From Vicugna vicugna (taxonomy: Eukaryota), in contig MU057711.1 of assembly GCA_013265495.1 (NCBI GenBank), positions 744,001-808,000 on the forward strand: a stretch of 64,000 bases of DNA. Reading direction: 5' to 3'. The translations under genes and the position numbers were made by a program. The notes under the pieces are model-generated. The model was not told the origin of the DNA and searched no databases. It worked only from the letters and a program-made list of their open reading frames with translations. Shown here one piece after another: positions 34,194 through 48,000 of the stretch (the first letter of the stretch is position 1; each line of letters starts with the position of its first letter).

Positions 34194-36720
34194 GTAAATA
34201 CTTCTTTTAATCCATTTCTTCAGTTTTCTCGTTGTTTTTGTGTGATGTGAAATTCAGGGATTTTTGGGGGGAAAAAAGGGAGGAATAAAGAAAGGAACAA
34301 AGAAGAAGTAAGTCCATTGTCTCTTACATTCAGGTTACTGATACAGTTTTCGATTCTTGTTTGCTTCCCTACCTCTCCGTGTCTGAGTTCTTTTTTTTCT
34401 TTTAAGCATGTAGACATTTTCTCATTTTTTGTTGTTTCTTTTGGTAATCATCGAAAGGGATAGTTTACTAAGCTATTTCTCTTTCTGCTAGACGTTGTGT
34501 GATGTTTTCAATGTTTTAAAAATTACCTTTCAAGTATAACTGTTTTCACTGCATGTAGTATTTGTTAAGAACGTACCACAAAATTGTTTCCTAAAAGGAC
34601 TCTGTCAGTGTGTTGTGCCCTAATTTGGCTGACTTTTAACTTAATAAATGTTTCAGTTTTCATTTAGTCAACTGAGTCTTTTCCTGTCTTCTAAACTTAG
34701 AGACCATCTTTCCTCCAAATATCCACTTTCTTTTAGTTCTCCTTTAGCTGATTGTTTAAATATTTAACTCTTTAGCACGTATGTTTTTATTTTGCTCTAA
34801 CACATTCGCCGCCTCACCCAAATCTAGGTGAGAGTTGTGTTTCCTCAAGGGCACCCGATCCACAGTGGGCGATCAATGTGTTAATAAGGTGAAGACAGCA
34901 GTTATATTTTTCCCCTAATAGCTTTCTATTTAATTTAACACCATTATTAAATAATGCTTCAGTTCCCCATTGATTTGTGACACCTTTATTATCATATATT
35001 GCATTTACTTGGATGATGAAATCTGCCTGAAGACTGCTTGGAGCTGTTGATCTTACTGTTATGCTGTAGGCACAGTTAAGATAGTAAAGTAGCTTTGATG
35101 TGGACAAGGGTGAAGATGACAGCTCTCTGAAAGCAGTGGGAGGTTAAGTGAAAGGTTGAAAATAATGTTGGAGATTTGATGCCATCAGCACAGAAACATT
35201 CCTCCATCTAAGAGACTACATTGTGGAGAAGGAAGAGCAGAAGTGAAGGATTCCTTGCGGGTGGGACTCAGGAAGGAGTGGGGAGGTAGGCTGAGAATGA
35301 TGGGAGAGAGGGGAGTCACTTATCTGTGGCGGATGTTCTAGGACATCGTGGGCGGCATCTAGGACATCGCACTGTTGAAAGCAAACACCAGAAATCTCAG
35401 TTATTTCTGGCTTGAGATCGGAGCACTAACTCAGTTACTCATTTTGTGCAGAAAGACAAACCAACGTGTACTCTGCATTGGGAGACACAGAAAACTTACA
35501 GCTCCCTATCAATAAATAATACCATTGCTTAGACAGAGAGTTGTTCAGAATTGCTCTAAACAAGCAGCAGCTGAAATGCAGCAATCAGAGGCTAATATTT
35601 GGAGTTTGCCTAAAACTGATTCTTTGCCTGCTCCCCTAAGAGTTCGAAAGTGCTCTTTTAGCAGCTAGAGGAAAAACTGCATGAAGAGTCCTTTCGTCTC
35701 AACAATGAAATAATTGATGTGTTCTTTAAAAATCTAACTTAAAAAATATTTTATTTTTGGTTTTTTATACTTTAAAATATTTTATTAATTTCATCTGCTA
35801 ATGACTTAAGGAAGAATAACAGTATATATTTAAATTTTGTTTCTATAAAATTAAATATTTTTCACTGTTTTTAAGCTTTTTATATTTGAGTAAGTTCATA
35901 GGTTAAAAAATAAATTCCAAGGCTTTTAAATTGAATACCAGCATACCATTTTGCTCCAGTAATGGCTAGAGTAGATTCATGATGTTAATAGAGAATTTCA
36001 AAAGAGCACAAAGGTAGTTTTTAAATAAGATAGAGAGCCTTGGAGAAAGAGAACTTATATAGGACTGTTTGACTTGGCATGGGAGACTGTTTTTGGATTT
36101 CAAAGAACAATTTCAGCGTGGTAGAAACAAAAGACAAAAGTACTGAGTATGAGTCACTGAAGTAATTGGTGATGAAGAAGCAGGACATCACGAGAAGGGA
36201 AGTAAATCATGTGTAGTAAACTAGGAGGGACCGTAGGTAAGATGGAATGTTTTGAAAGGAGAAGGACTTTTCTGTGTGTTGAAGACAAAGAAAATAAAGC
36301 CAGTGGTGAAAAGATTAAAGATGTTTGAAACTTTGTAGTGTAGGTTGGAAAAGGAAATTTATTCAGTTGCCAAATGGTAAATAGTAAGTATATCAAGAAA
36401 ATAGTGGCTGCAGTAATAACTCCAAAAAAGATAATTCCTAGATGTTTTAATTATTTCTAACAGCCAGTTCCTTGAATTTTTTCCCTCATGCTGGTCATCT
36501 AAGCAATGCCAAAGAACCATGTCCACCTTATATTGGTCTGCTTTTTAAATTCTGTAGCCTCCATGTGTGCACGTGCCTCCTACTTACCATTTTCAGCTTC
36601 ATAGTTCCTAAAGATTTAGACTCTAGCCAGAAAAATGTTTCTTCAGCACCAGTTATAACCTTAAGTGTAGCTAAGTACTTTGTTTTCGATTTATTTTGAC
36701 TCTTTTACTTTCCGCCTTAG

Positions 36721-36884
36721 GTTATAGCAATACGCCCTATTAGGAGGATTACGCACATCCCAGGTACTTTAGAAGACGAGGACGAGGATGAGGATAATGA
36801 TGACATTGTCATGCTAGAGAAAAAAATACGAACGTCCAGTATGCCAGAGCAGGCCCACAAAGTCTGTGTCAAAGAGATAAAAAG
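36721..36884 (+). CDS. LONP2: LONP2 exon 5, 164 nt
   Basis: ccgccttag|VIAIRPIRRITHIPGTLEDEDEDEDNDDIVMLEKKIRTSSMPEQAHKVCVKEIK(R)|gtaaat. Confidence 0.96.
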
Positions 36885-36955
36885 GTAAATTGTGGAAGCT
36901 GTGCATTCATGAGTATCTTCATTTTGCTTATTAATGTTAAAAATATTGCTCACGG

Positions 36956-37167
36956 ATTTGCAAATATTAACTGCTATATAGAAAATAGATAAAGAAGTTC
37001 CTTCTGTATAGCACAGGGAACTGTATTCAATATCTTGTACTAACCTATGATAAAAAGGAATATGAAAATGAATATGTGTGTGTATATGTGTGACTGAAAT
37101 GCTATGCTGTACACCAGAAACTGGTGCAACATTGTAAACTGACTATACTTCAATTAAAAAAAAAAAA
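36956..37167 (+). mobile_element. Short L1 3' end with poly(A)
   Basis: tatagcacagggaact...acattgtaaactgactatacttcaatt-A12; imperfect TSD ttgctc(ac/gt)gga. Confidence 0.85.
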
Positions 37168-37794
37168 TCGTTGCTCGTGGAAATGAATCTGCTATTTTGC
37201 ATTACAAAGCTGAGTGATTTGTTTTATATTCTTTGATCTTTCTCCTTTTTTTGTATTTAATATAGTCATGGACCACTCTAGTCATCTTTCCATTGTCAGC
37301 CTTAATCTCTTTTGTCTCTTGGCTTTCATGGCTTTTCTAATTCTCAGGGTATAGCTGCAATCTATGGAATACTTTTCCTTCTTTCCTAAACCAGAATCTG
37401 ATTCGTAAAACATTCTTAAGACTCCTGAATCAATACCGCTTTCAGGAATCTTGTTCTCAAATATGGAATATAAGTGACACAACTCTTCTACCTACCGTGT
37501 GCTGCCAGATACAATCACTGTTGCAACTGCCTTTTCATTGTCTTAAATACTTGGCCCACACTTGTTTAGACAGTAATGTTTGTTCAGTATATATTTGTGT
37601 TCTTTACACCTTTCTGTTTTATTCCTTAGACTATAAATTCTTAGAAGGCAGGGACTGTCAGTTTCTCTTTGTTCAGGATAAAGTGCAAGGGAACCTTGAT
37701 ACCAGAATAGGGCATATGGGTTGATTACATTCTCTGGATGATCTCAGGGTTAAATAGAAAACCAGTTTTTTTCTTTACCTACTTGCAGTGTTAT

Positions 37795-37987
37795 TCCTGT
37801 TTTTTTCTTTTCCTTTCTTTCTGTCTGTCTTTTTTTTTTTTTAGTAATCTTTCTTTTTTGTTTTTTTTTGGGGGGGTAGTAATTATATTTATTTATTTAC
37901 TTATTTTAGCAGAGGTACTGGGGCTTGAACCCAGGACCCTGTGCATGCTAAGCATGTGCTCTACCACTGAGCTATACCCTCCTCCCC
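37795..37987 (-). mobile_element. tRNA-derived SINE (Vic-1-like)
   Basis: Reverse-complement head, long T-rich tail, TSD tacttgcagt. Confidence 0.86.
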
Positions 37988-38605
37988 ATACTTGCAGTAT
38001 TGTAACTACGTTGCATTTTTTTTTATGAGTGAATTATAAGCAACCTGACTGAATGCTCAGTAACTGAAGATTTGGCTTCTGAGGTTCACAGTTAAGAACA
38101 TAAGTAAATGTACTTGAGGTCTATTTTATATTGACTCTGACATCAGTTAATAAATGCAGAACATCTGTTTTGTACAGAATACTATTTAATAAGCACTGCA
38201 TATATTATGGAAGTTGTACTTTTTAATTAAATATCTCATGAGCTGGCTTCATCTCTGATACAGAACAACATGTAATTATTATGCATGGTTAGGCACTTAA
38301 ATCTTATTGTCATAAGTAAATCAGTATGTAAGTGTGACTTGAGACTCTCCCTGTGAGATATTAATGTTGATAAGACCATATTTCAAGGATAGCATTAGAT
38401 CTTGTCCACTCTACCCCAGTTTACAAATATCTGTTTAAAACAAAATAATCATTTTAATAACTAGATTAAAAATTTTTTTTTCAGTTTTGTTTGACCAAAT
38501 ATATATGATATATCTGACCAAGAAAAGGAGATATGCTTGATTTTTCTGGTTTATGGAATTTTTCTATGTTCTTGAACAGGTTTGCTATGTATTCTTTCCC
38601 CACAG

Positions 38606-38700
38606 GCTCAAAAAAATGCCTCAGTCAATGCCAGAATATGCGCTGACGAGAAATTATTTAGAACTTATGGTGGAACTTCCCTGGAACAAAAGTACAACTG
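38606..38700 (+). CDS. LONP2: LONP2 exon 6, 95 nt
   Basis: ccccacag|LKKMPQSMPEYALTRNYLELMVELPWNKSTT|gtgagc. Confidence 0.96.
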
Positions 38701-41700
38701 GTGAGCAAACAAAAGAGCACCTTTTCCACAGCCTGTCACCCGGAAAGCTCATGCAAATTCTGTAGAAATACTGATTACCTCCCTGTCACAGGAGTTCATG
38801 ATGTAAACTGTTTAGAGACTGAACCTGAGTCACCTAGGTCTTAGGATTGAGCAGGAAAAGAAGGTGCTGCATGAAAGCACCCTTCACACGATTTGGAGAA
38901 AGTAGGATTTTCTGTACTTAGTGAAATATGTGTTTTCAATAGCAATAGTCAATCAGACAGCAACTTTTATATTTATGTCAGGAGCCAGAAGAAAACCAGC
39001 ACGTTTGAGGCAGTTGGCAATAAGTGCCCAGTCAGTCCTAGAGATGGTAAAGCTTTGTGTTTTCTAAAAGAAATAATTACGGATAAAGTCAGGATCACAG
39101 TAGAATGGTTTCACCATTTGGAAGTTTGTTTTTCTCCCACCAGAACCTGTGTAAAGAGTGTAGATTCTTTTTATCCCTCTTTCCTTCAATAGAATTTTTC
39201 TGTCCATCAGGAGCATTTTACACTGGTTTTCTTATATCTTTGCTTTGTATTTTCTCCTAGGATAAGAAATATACTTAGTTGTCTTTCAGAATTATTTTAT
39301 TTGCATCAGTTACTATAGAAACAAGATTTATTGAGTTCAGCAGTGGATTGATTTACCTCAACTACTCTTGGCATAAGAATAGCTGTATGGTTGAGTTTTG
39401 AGAATTCAACAGATTTATTTATTGATTATCCAGGCTGATGAAACTCCTACATTTAAAATGGTGCTAGAGATTTTGATAAGTGTTAGCCCTGAAACACACG
39501 TTTATGTGCCACATAAGGTATTTTTTACATACCAGATTTCAGGATGTTGAATTTTTAACATTAAATACTTTCCTGTTGACCTACAGAGGACTGTCCTCTT
39601 TGGTATGGAGAATTAAAATTTTTTTTGTCTCACAGAGGGCCCAGAATGAAGCATATTTATGTTCAATTAACTGTGCTGGGGCAATGTTAAGGTTAAAATA
39701 CCTCCCCCCCCCTTTTAATTAGCTTTTTTTGGGTAGGATCATTTAACAGTTATTAATGTGTATAGCTAGATACTGAGATGAAATTGGCCTAATCATCTTC
39801 CTTCTGTTTTGACCACCTTTGTTTTTATTTATTTATGTATTTTGTTTTGACCACCTTTAGATTTTATTCCTATTACAGTTCTTTGGTTCTTGTTTTGGGA
39901 AGCAAGTACATTCTAAGTTAGGCTAATTTTTCCTTTAGGAATATTCTGTAATTTTGCATTTATTCCAGTGTCTAGATTTTGGTTTAAGTGTCTCTTTCTG
40001 TTTGAATGTTTGTAAATAAAGTTATAAGGCTAATTGATACTTTGTTTTCTGTTAAATTCTGGGAATCCATAAATTTTCCTTAGGTTAAATCAGGTTATAC
40101 TGGTGAACTATAGGAGGAATCGTTCAGAAGCAACACTGGTAAATTTTTTCTTTATTTTCCAATTTTATTAGGGTATAGTTGACATACAGTGAACTGCACA
40201 TATGTAATGTGAACATTTTGATGAGTTTTAACATAAATGTGTAACTGTAGTACCATTACCATAATCAAGGAAATGGACATACTCATCACTTCTAAAAGTT
40301 TCCTCATGCTTCTCTGTGATTCCCTCCCTGCCTTCCCATTCCCGAGCAACCGCTGTGGACTAGTTCATATTTCCTAAAATTTTGTATAAATGAAATGATG
40401 TAGTATGTGTCCCCCTCCTTTTATTTTTTTTTTGGTTATTTCCCTCAGCATAATTATTTTAAAGTTCATTCTCCATGTTACTGTGTATATCAGTGATTGG
40501 TTTATCCATTTACCTGTTGATGGACATTTGTATTGTTTCCAGCATTTTAACAACTGTATATAAACTTGTTCTGAACTATGCTGGCAAATTTATTTTTTAA
40601 TTTATTTCATGTTTATATTTATGACAAAATATTGCCTTCTAGTTGAAGGTGTTTTACCAAATAAACTGAAGCCAAATATCTTGGTTTAATTTTTAATTCA
40701 GAATTTTCTGGAAACACCATAGTAAGTGAATGCAGGGGAGCGTGTGTTCCCATTGATTTAGCCCCAAGTTGTCAGCTGATCTGTTTGAGTTCAGATGTCT
40801 GTCTGGATCCAGCTGGGCTATGGGGAAATCCATTTTGGTTCAGATTGTCTTCTGTTAACTCATAACTCTCCAGTGCCTGCTTTTAAGTGAAGTGGCCCTA
40901 TTCTTAGAGATTTGAAGAGGGCCCTGCTCCCTGTTAGTTTAGACCTGGGAAAGGAATTACATTTAACCTTCATGTGTTTAGCTGCTCTGCTTCCATCTCA
41001 TCTGCCAAGCTTCCATGTTGGTATGTGTTTGCTAGGTATTTGTTTGTGTCATTGATGGAGTCATGATGATACCCAAATTCTGTTATTTTCCCTTTTGACC
41101 ACAGTGTGACTGCATGACATGAAGCACGTCTACATAGCTTGGTAATAACACCAACGGTCTTGTTTTGAAATTTTGGTGTTCTCTCGGTAATATTTTTCTG
41201 CACTCCAGGATTTGTTTTAACTAATGACTTAAGTGAGGGTGCATATAGTGTAATGGCCTGAGAATATTAAAATTGCAGATTTCATTATTTGGTAGTAGTA
41301 GCCTAGTAAGTTGCTCTTGCCTTCGTCCCTCCCTCACTTGTCCTTTTGATAAAGTGAAATTCATGACTAACGAGGACTTTTTATCAGGTTCACACAATGT
41401 AATTTTGGACAGTTGAGGCCAAAATGTTTATTTGAATGCAGAGTGCTGACTCCCATTTTTTACTGAAGTAATCCAGAAAATAGAAAATTAAGGCAAAGCT
41501 TTTTTTTTTTTTCACAACTCAGAGAGTTTATACTGGATGTGTGTGAGCATCATAAATGCGTAGGACTCATGGAGCCGTCATGAAAATCCTCCTGGTCCAG
41601 CATTTCAGCTGGGAACTGAAGATGGGTAACCTGTGGTGTGAAAGTAGGCATGTTGAGCTTCTGAACCATTACTACATAGACTTAGGTCTAAGTGGTTGTT

Positions 41701-43195
41701 GTGGGTCAGGTTATAAAACCATGAAAATGTCTTCCATAATCCTTGTAAGACAAGCTTATGTCAGTAGAGATTATCAAAAGTAGAGAGGAAAGCAGAGATG
41801 AATGAGTTGTAGGAAATAAGTTTCTTGATTTTCCCATCTTGGGAGCCAGTAGATACCATTTCAATCTTCTGATTATAAATAGAGAAATATATGTTCCAAC
41901 AGGTTTGAAATTTTTTACATTTAACCATGAGTATTATTCAAAATAGTAAGCGTGCATTCTGAATCATTAAAAAGAGCAATCAAAAAAATGCATCCTGTAT
42001 AGAAAAGATACACGATATATAACATGGAAATTATCTTTCCTTAAAAGTTTGAAGGAATGTAACTTTTTAAATTGTCTTTACTTGGCATGTTAGAAGAAAT
42101 TCCTTCATTGCTTTCATTTTTTTCTAAAATACACAGAATTCTATTCTTTGTTTACTGAACGTTAATCAAGAATGGATGTTACATTATAACAAGAGCCTTT
42201 TTAGTTACAAAATGACATTTTTGATGGAAAGTTTTTCTCCTTGGATGTGATAATGTAATAAATATGTTGATAACTTTATACTGAACCGTATTTGCATAAG
42301 TAAAATAAGTCCCACTGGGATTTAGTAGATTACTCTTTGAATAGATTTGATTTACCAGCATTTTAATATTTAGAGCTATGCAAAATGGAATTGGTCTGAA
42401 GTGGTTTCTTTTAATTTACTGTGGTAGGTTTTAGTGTCAGAGCCAGCATCGTAAAACAGGAAACTTTCTTTCATTTGTTCATATATTCATTGGTTGGGTT
42501 CTGAAACCAGGAAAGGGGGAAGAAATTTTATTCTTTCCTTTCCAAATCACTCAGCCAGGACTGACTAAAATCCATAGTACTATAAATTACATGTATTGCT
42601 GATTAGCTAGGTTTTTATAGACTAGCTTAGGAACCAAGTTACGATTTAAGGGCTTTTTTTTTCCCCCTGTAGGAAAAACACATGGCAAGTTCCAATAAGT
42701 GATTGAAAGAGTGGACGTGTGTGTGTGTGTTTCTCTCTCCCATTTTCTTCTTTTACTGTCGGTATGATCACATGGTTGTGGATTAGCTTCTGGCTGCCGC
42801 CCAGCTGATGAATTCATTTTGGCTTCCAGGGCCTAGTGTTTAATCGGTGATTATTTTAGGTACTAAAGCACATCAATAAACCTGATGAAAGCTTGGATAG
42901 AAGCAGGGCCTAATTCATACATTTCTGCTGAGACTTTAATCGATAGAACTTAGGCAGTTCTTTATGTCTTAATTTTTTTTTTGATCCAGCCCTTCTGTTT
43001 TAGAAAATTAGCTGAAGGAAATAATTACAGATGTATGTGGAGATTTAGTTACAAGGACTCACAGTGAAGCATGCTTTATAACTGTAAAGATTTGTAGATA
43101 GCCTAAATGCTCAGCAATAGGGAATTAGTTAAATGAGTGCGATTAAGTAATGGAATATTATGCAGCCACTAAAATGTTACTGAAGAGTACATTTG

Positions 43196-43231
43196 CAGTC
43201 AAATGCTCTTCCCCAGAGCTATACCCCCAGG
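43196..43231 (-). pseudogene. Tailless retropseudogene of the tRNA-Cys(GCA) 5' half
   Basis: Minus strand reads GGGGGTATAGCTCTGGGGAAGAGCATTTGACTG(CA); flanked by a perfect 17-bp direct repeat actgaagagtacatttg (43179-43195, 43232-43248). Confidence 0.85.
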
Positions 43232-43840
43232 ACTGAAGAGTACATTTGACACTGAAAAAGGTCCTCAATGTGTTAAGTGAAAAAACTTTTCCAAAACTTG
43301 AACTCCTCATAGAATCTTATTTTGAAAAATAGGCATGTAAGGGTTCATGTGCACATGCACGCACACACAGAACCTGGAATAATTAGTGTTGAAGTGAAGG
43401 TGGTGCTGCTTTCTTGGGGGCATGAGATTATGGGGACTATTTCCTTCTGATTTATTCATGTCATTAGGTTTTCTGGGATGAGCATATATTCTGTAATAAA
43501 CAAAAAAAGGAACAAATACCAGGACAAATAGAATATGTATAAATTATGTCTCCTTAGAAATAATGTGTATCAAGAAAATCATTCCCAAATGAAATGATAA
43601 AAGAATATTAACTCTTTGAGTTTTTAATTATGTAGTTTCTACTCTTTCTGTAAATACTAAATCTTCTTAAGCAAAAACCCAAATCCAGTTCTCCCTGAAG
43701 ACTCATTTAGAAGGATCCAAGCCTGTTCTTGTCATGTCTTTTTTTTCAAAAGAATATTTTGGCTCTTGCCAGCCTGAAAGGGAATTCTTCTATGTAAAAA
43801 TTCCACATGCTCAGATTATTTCTGTTGGATTATTTGGCAG

Positions 43841-44099
43841 ACCGTCTGGACATTCGAGCAGCCCGGATTCTCCTGGACAATGACCATTATGCCATGGAAA
43901 AATTGAAGAAAAGAGTGCTGGAGTACTTGGCTGTCAGACAGCTGAAAAACAACCTGAAGGGCCCCATTCTGTGCTTTGTCGGCCCTCCTGGAGTTGGTAA
44001 AACAAGCGTGGGAAGATCAGTGGCCAAGACTCTGGGTCGAGAGTTCCACAGGATTGCACTTGGAGGAGTGTGTGATCAGTCTGACATTCGAGGACACAG
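43841..44099 (+). CDS. LONP2: LONP2 exon 7, 259 nt (AAA+ Walker A)
   Basis: ttggcag|[17 protein letters not shown]...GPPGVGKTS...DIRGH(R)|gtagaa. Confidence 0.98.
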
Positions 44100-44963
44100 G
44101 TAGAATATTTCTTTCAGTTTCATCTCTGATTCCCTTCCTTTTCATATGACCAGAGTCCCCCAAAAAGCCAAGGCATAATATATATCTTAAAGGGCTATTT
44201 GCGGTGCCTTGAGTGGAGAGGACTAGCCTAGAGCCTCCACCATGACGTTATACCTACATTAACCTTGCTATGTGTGTGGCGATGGATGGGGTGTCTGGGC
44301 TGCAGCTTTCCTGGAGTCTCATTTGAATGTAATTACAAATTCATTGTGATTAAGTATTATAATGTCTTTACATTCATTTTGGCCCAGTATCATTTCATAG
44401 ATAATGACCCATGACTTTTAGAGTTTAAAAAATAGCTGGGGCTGGTAGAAGGAGGTAAGAAGTCTTTGGTAACAAATGTATTATATTTGCAGTTTAAACA
44501 TTGTTTTAAGAAGGATGATTTGCAGTGCAAGTATGAGTAATAAGGTAAAAGGTTAGGATAATTAAGGCCTTCCCTTGCATTTTGACGCCCTTACTATAAA
44601 AATACGTTCAACTGTAAGAACTGTGTCTCTGACTAATCTGACATTATTAGAATCAGATTTGCATGTCACATTCATTGTTTTGTTCTCTGTGGTCTCTGTT
44701 GCTCAGATTGGAAGATGCTTTAGGAAAGTGTGAACCTCTATTTCACAGTTGCGAATTGTAAGAAAACATACCTATAGTACAGAAGTATTTAAAAATGTAA
44801 AAATCATGAACTGCTTAAAATAATATGATGTACACCTGAAACTAGTATGATGTTATATGTCAATTATGTCTCAAAAAAAACCTTAAAAGGAGCTGTTTAG
44901 CTTTGAGTAGAAAGTAGTTAAACTAAAGATAAAACTTCTGTCCTTAATACTGTACCCTCAATC

Positions 44964-45033
44964 TTTTTTAAAAATTTTTTTTTTAATGGAGGTGCTGAGG
45001 ATTGAGCGCATGGCCTCATGCATGCTAAGCATG
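44964..45033 (-). mobile_element. 5'-truncated tRNA-derived SINE
   Basis: 3' half of the SINE head only; TSD accctcaatctt. Confidence 0.8.
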
Positions 45034-48000
45034 AACCCTCAATCTTAAAGTTGTAAAAGCAATCCAGATTATAAGTGGAGACTTTGGCAGGCATGCCAGG
45101 GCAGGCAGTGAACAACTGCCAGTAGCTAAGGATAATTTAAATGCATATGTGCAGTTTGGTGAATATGGAATACATGTGGATTGTGGGGAAAAAAAAGAAT
45201 GTGATGCTTTTATAAAAACATCTTATTTTCCACTTGACTTATTCACAGGATCTTTAGGCAGGGATGGGAAACTATTTCAGAAACTTTTGAAGAAAAATGG
45301 TTCTTTTTATTCTCTTTTGTTTGCTTATTTACAATTCTTAGGCATTGAAGAAAATCATTCCCAGATTTTTTAATAAACAAGCAGTGAAGACTGCAGATTA
45401 GATCAAGGAATTGATTTGGGGTTATTCTTTCTGGCAGTTTCAAGTGATAGGATGTTTCTGTTGCCCAGACTGTCTTATTCTCACATGTGCCACTAGGGGC
45501 TGTCATTTGCTTTCGTAAAGAAATCGGCAGGCATCTTGGACCAACCTTGGAGAAGCTGGATCTAAGGCCGAAATCTTCTAATTTTAGCTTCAGAGCTTTA
45601 GGGAGGTGTTCCCCATGCAAGTGACTTGATTCCTGCCCTCAGAGTTGTTTTTGTTTATCTCTTCCTTTCGTTATCTGTAGCAGTATTGTGTAAGAATTTG
45701 AAGGAATTTAAAGAGTGGGTCTGTGGAGTTACTGTCAGGTGAAATTAACGTCCGTGGGCACATGGCATGTAGGTGTTTGTCCTTATTTCTTTCTACATTG
45801 GTATTGATTATTCATTAAGGCTTGGAAAGTGCTTAGTGCCTCGCACACAGTGAGCATTCAATAAAAGTGAGCTCTAATTATTATTTTAATTCTAAAGTCT
45901 CAGGAAGGCAAGTTGAGATTTATAAGCTTCAATATGACTTTTTGTAAAATACAATCTGATTTTTAAACTGTACCTAAAATATTCTGTTTTTGGCATTATT
46001 GTCTAATTTACGTGGCAGAATTGTGAAGTTTATTTTATGATCCTGTTGGTGGACAGTATGTAATGTTGTAATTCCATCATTTCTTAAGAACATTGTGGGG
46101 TTTAAGCAGATCTTTGTTTTAAATCTTTACTGATATTGATTGATACAAAATTATTCACTTTTTTCAAGTGTCTGTACTTCCCCTGTGTGACTATCACAAA
46201 GAGAATTGAATCTGTAAAGAAAATAAGAACTATTTCCTTCACGAGTGTTTTGTGAAAGAGCTTGTGTATTCATCCAAAATCTGTGTAAATATAAGCTTTT
46301 TAGAAATGTGTAGAGGTTGTGATTGTTGCCAAGTAACAGGTATGTGGTTTTGTCTATGAAGCCTGACTTTTGATGCAGCTTGCTGGTCAGTACACGTGCT
46401 CCCTAGCCATCACTGGGTTAGGTGTTTCATTTGTGCTCTTGGGGACTTGTTACCAACCTGCCCCCTAAATTATCAGAGCCTGCAGAAAATTTTTATTTGA
46501 AAACCTGTTTGGAAGCAGGTGGAGAGTGGGGAGTGGCTGTTAAGAGGAGGAGGGGGTCGAGAGCAGAGTATGCGTTTATGTCAGAGTTATGGGTCGGAGG
46601 AGGAGAAAGAACAGTAGAGGATTCTAGCACAATCATGGGGTGGAGTTGGCAGGAACAAGTGGTTCCACATGACAGTGGAGGCCTTTGGGAACACCCAGGT
46701 CTTGGCATTTAAGTACTGGTCACATGCTCACAATTAGAGTTCATGCAAAGTTTTGTTTTTCCTCAGCCTGTGAGTAGGCACTACTGTTCTGCAGTCTGAA
46801 AATAGCCAAGGAAAAACAGAGCTGCTTTCTGTTATCTTCCTTGCTTATTCTCTTGATTTTGTCACACACTTTCTGTGTTTTCCCATGCACGGAACTCCAG
46901 TCTTTTGTGAGAAGTACCTGTTTACAGGAAGAAGAGTGCTAATGAGTTAAGACTTGATTTTTAAAACAACCTAAGTCATGTCTTTTAGAGTTAAAACGAT
47001 GGTGAGGCAAGAGATGGGGAGAAAAAAAAACATTTCGTTTGCATATAAATCTTAAACTGGGAAAATAATAGTTATCTGACTAAACGTTGGCCTGCTGTTT
47101 TTGTTCATATTATTTTGAACTGATTAAAGGAAAAATAGTTGTGCTTATTTTCCATATTAACTAATGCATTTTTTTCAGTGTAAACATTTTTCATTTCTCA
47201 TCCTCTCCATTGGGATTTTTCCGTCTACTTTTATAAGCCACAGAATCTCTGTTCCCATCTATCGGTTTTTATGACTTACATTTTTATATTTAAATATTAT
47301 ACTTAAATAACTTAAATCAGTTCATAGACATTAAATGTAAAGTGACTTCTTTTAGGATGAAGTTTTAGGAAATCATGTTTGTATAACAGTCTCTTTTTCA
47401 TTAGCTGTTCCTTGGTGAGATATAGTATTGTGACATTTCTTAAGTTATTGTCGATACTAACTTTTCAGAAGTCACTTACCTCTGTTTGCCCAGATAATAA
47501 AATTGTATCACTGCAGGGAACCCTTGGCTCAGTTTTCAAACAAGATGAGAAGAAAAACGAGCTTTTTCTTTCCATGGTGATACATTTTCATACGTAACCT
47601 GAAATTGCTGATGTTTTAAATAAATTAGCTGTTTCATTATTAGTCTCTACAAGGGGGAAATAACTGAAGCAGCAAGCACTTAATATATCTCTAGCATAGT
47701 ATGCCAGAAAGGGTACAGTTTGCTCACTGTCCTCCTTATAACCTGTATTTGCATACAGCTCGTCTTCGCCCTTCTAAAACGTGCGGGTTTATTTTTAAGG
47801 CCCTAACCCAGGGCTTCCTCCATTAAGATGAGTGCAGTCAGTTATGACCCTTCTCTCCTGTAAACTGACCGCTTATTATCTATCATGTTCTTGTAACGAT
47901 TGACACAGACCTTTGTTGTTTCGAGCACATACCCGTAGAGATAAAGCATATGTAAAAAGGAGGAGCACTGTGGAGTACGGCTTTTCCATGTCTCACACTC

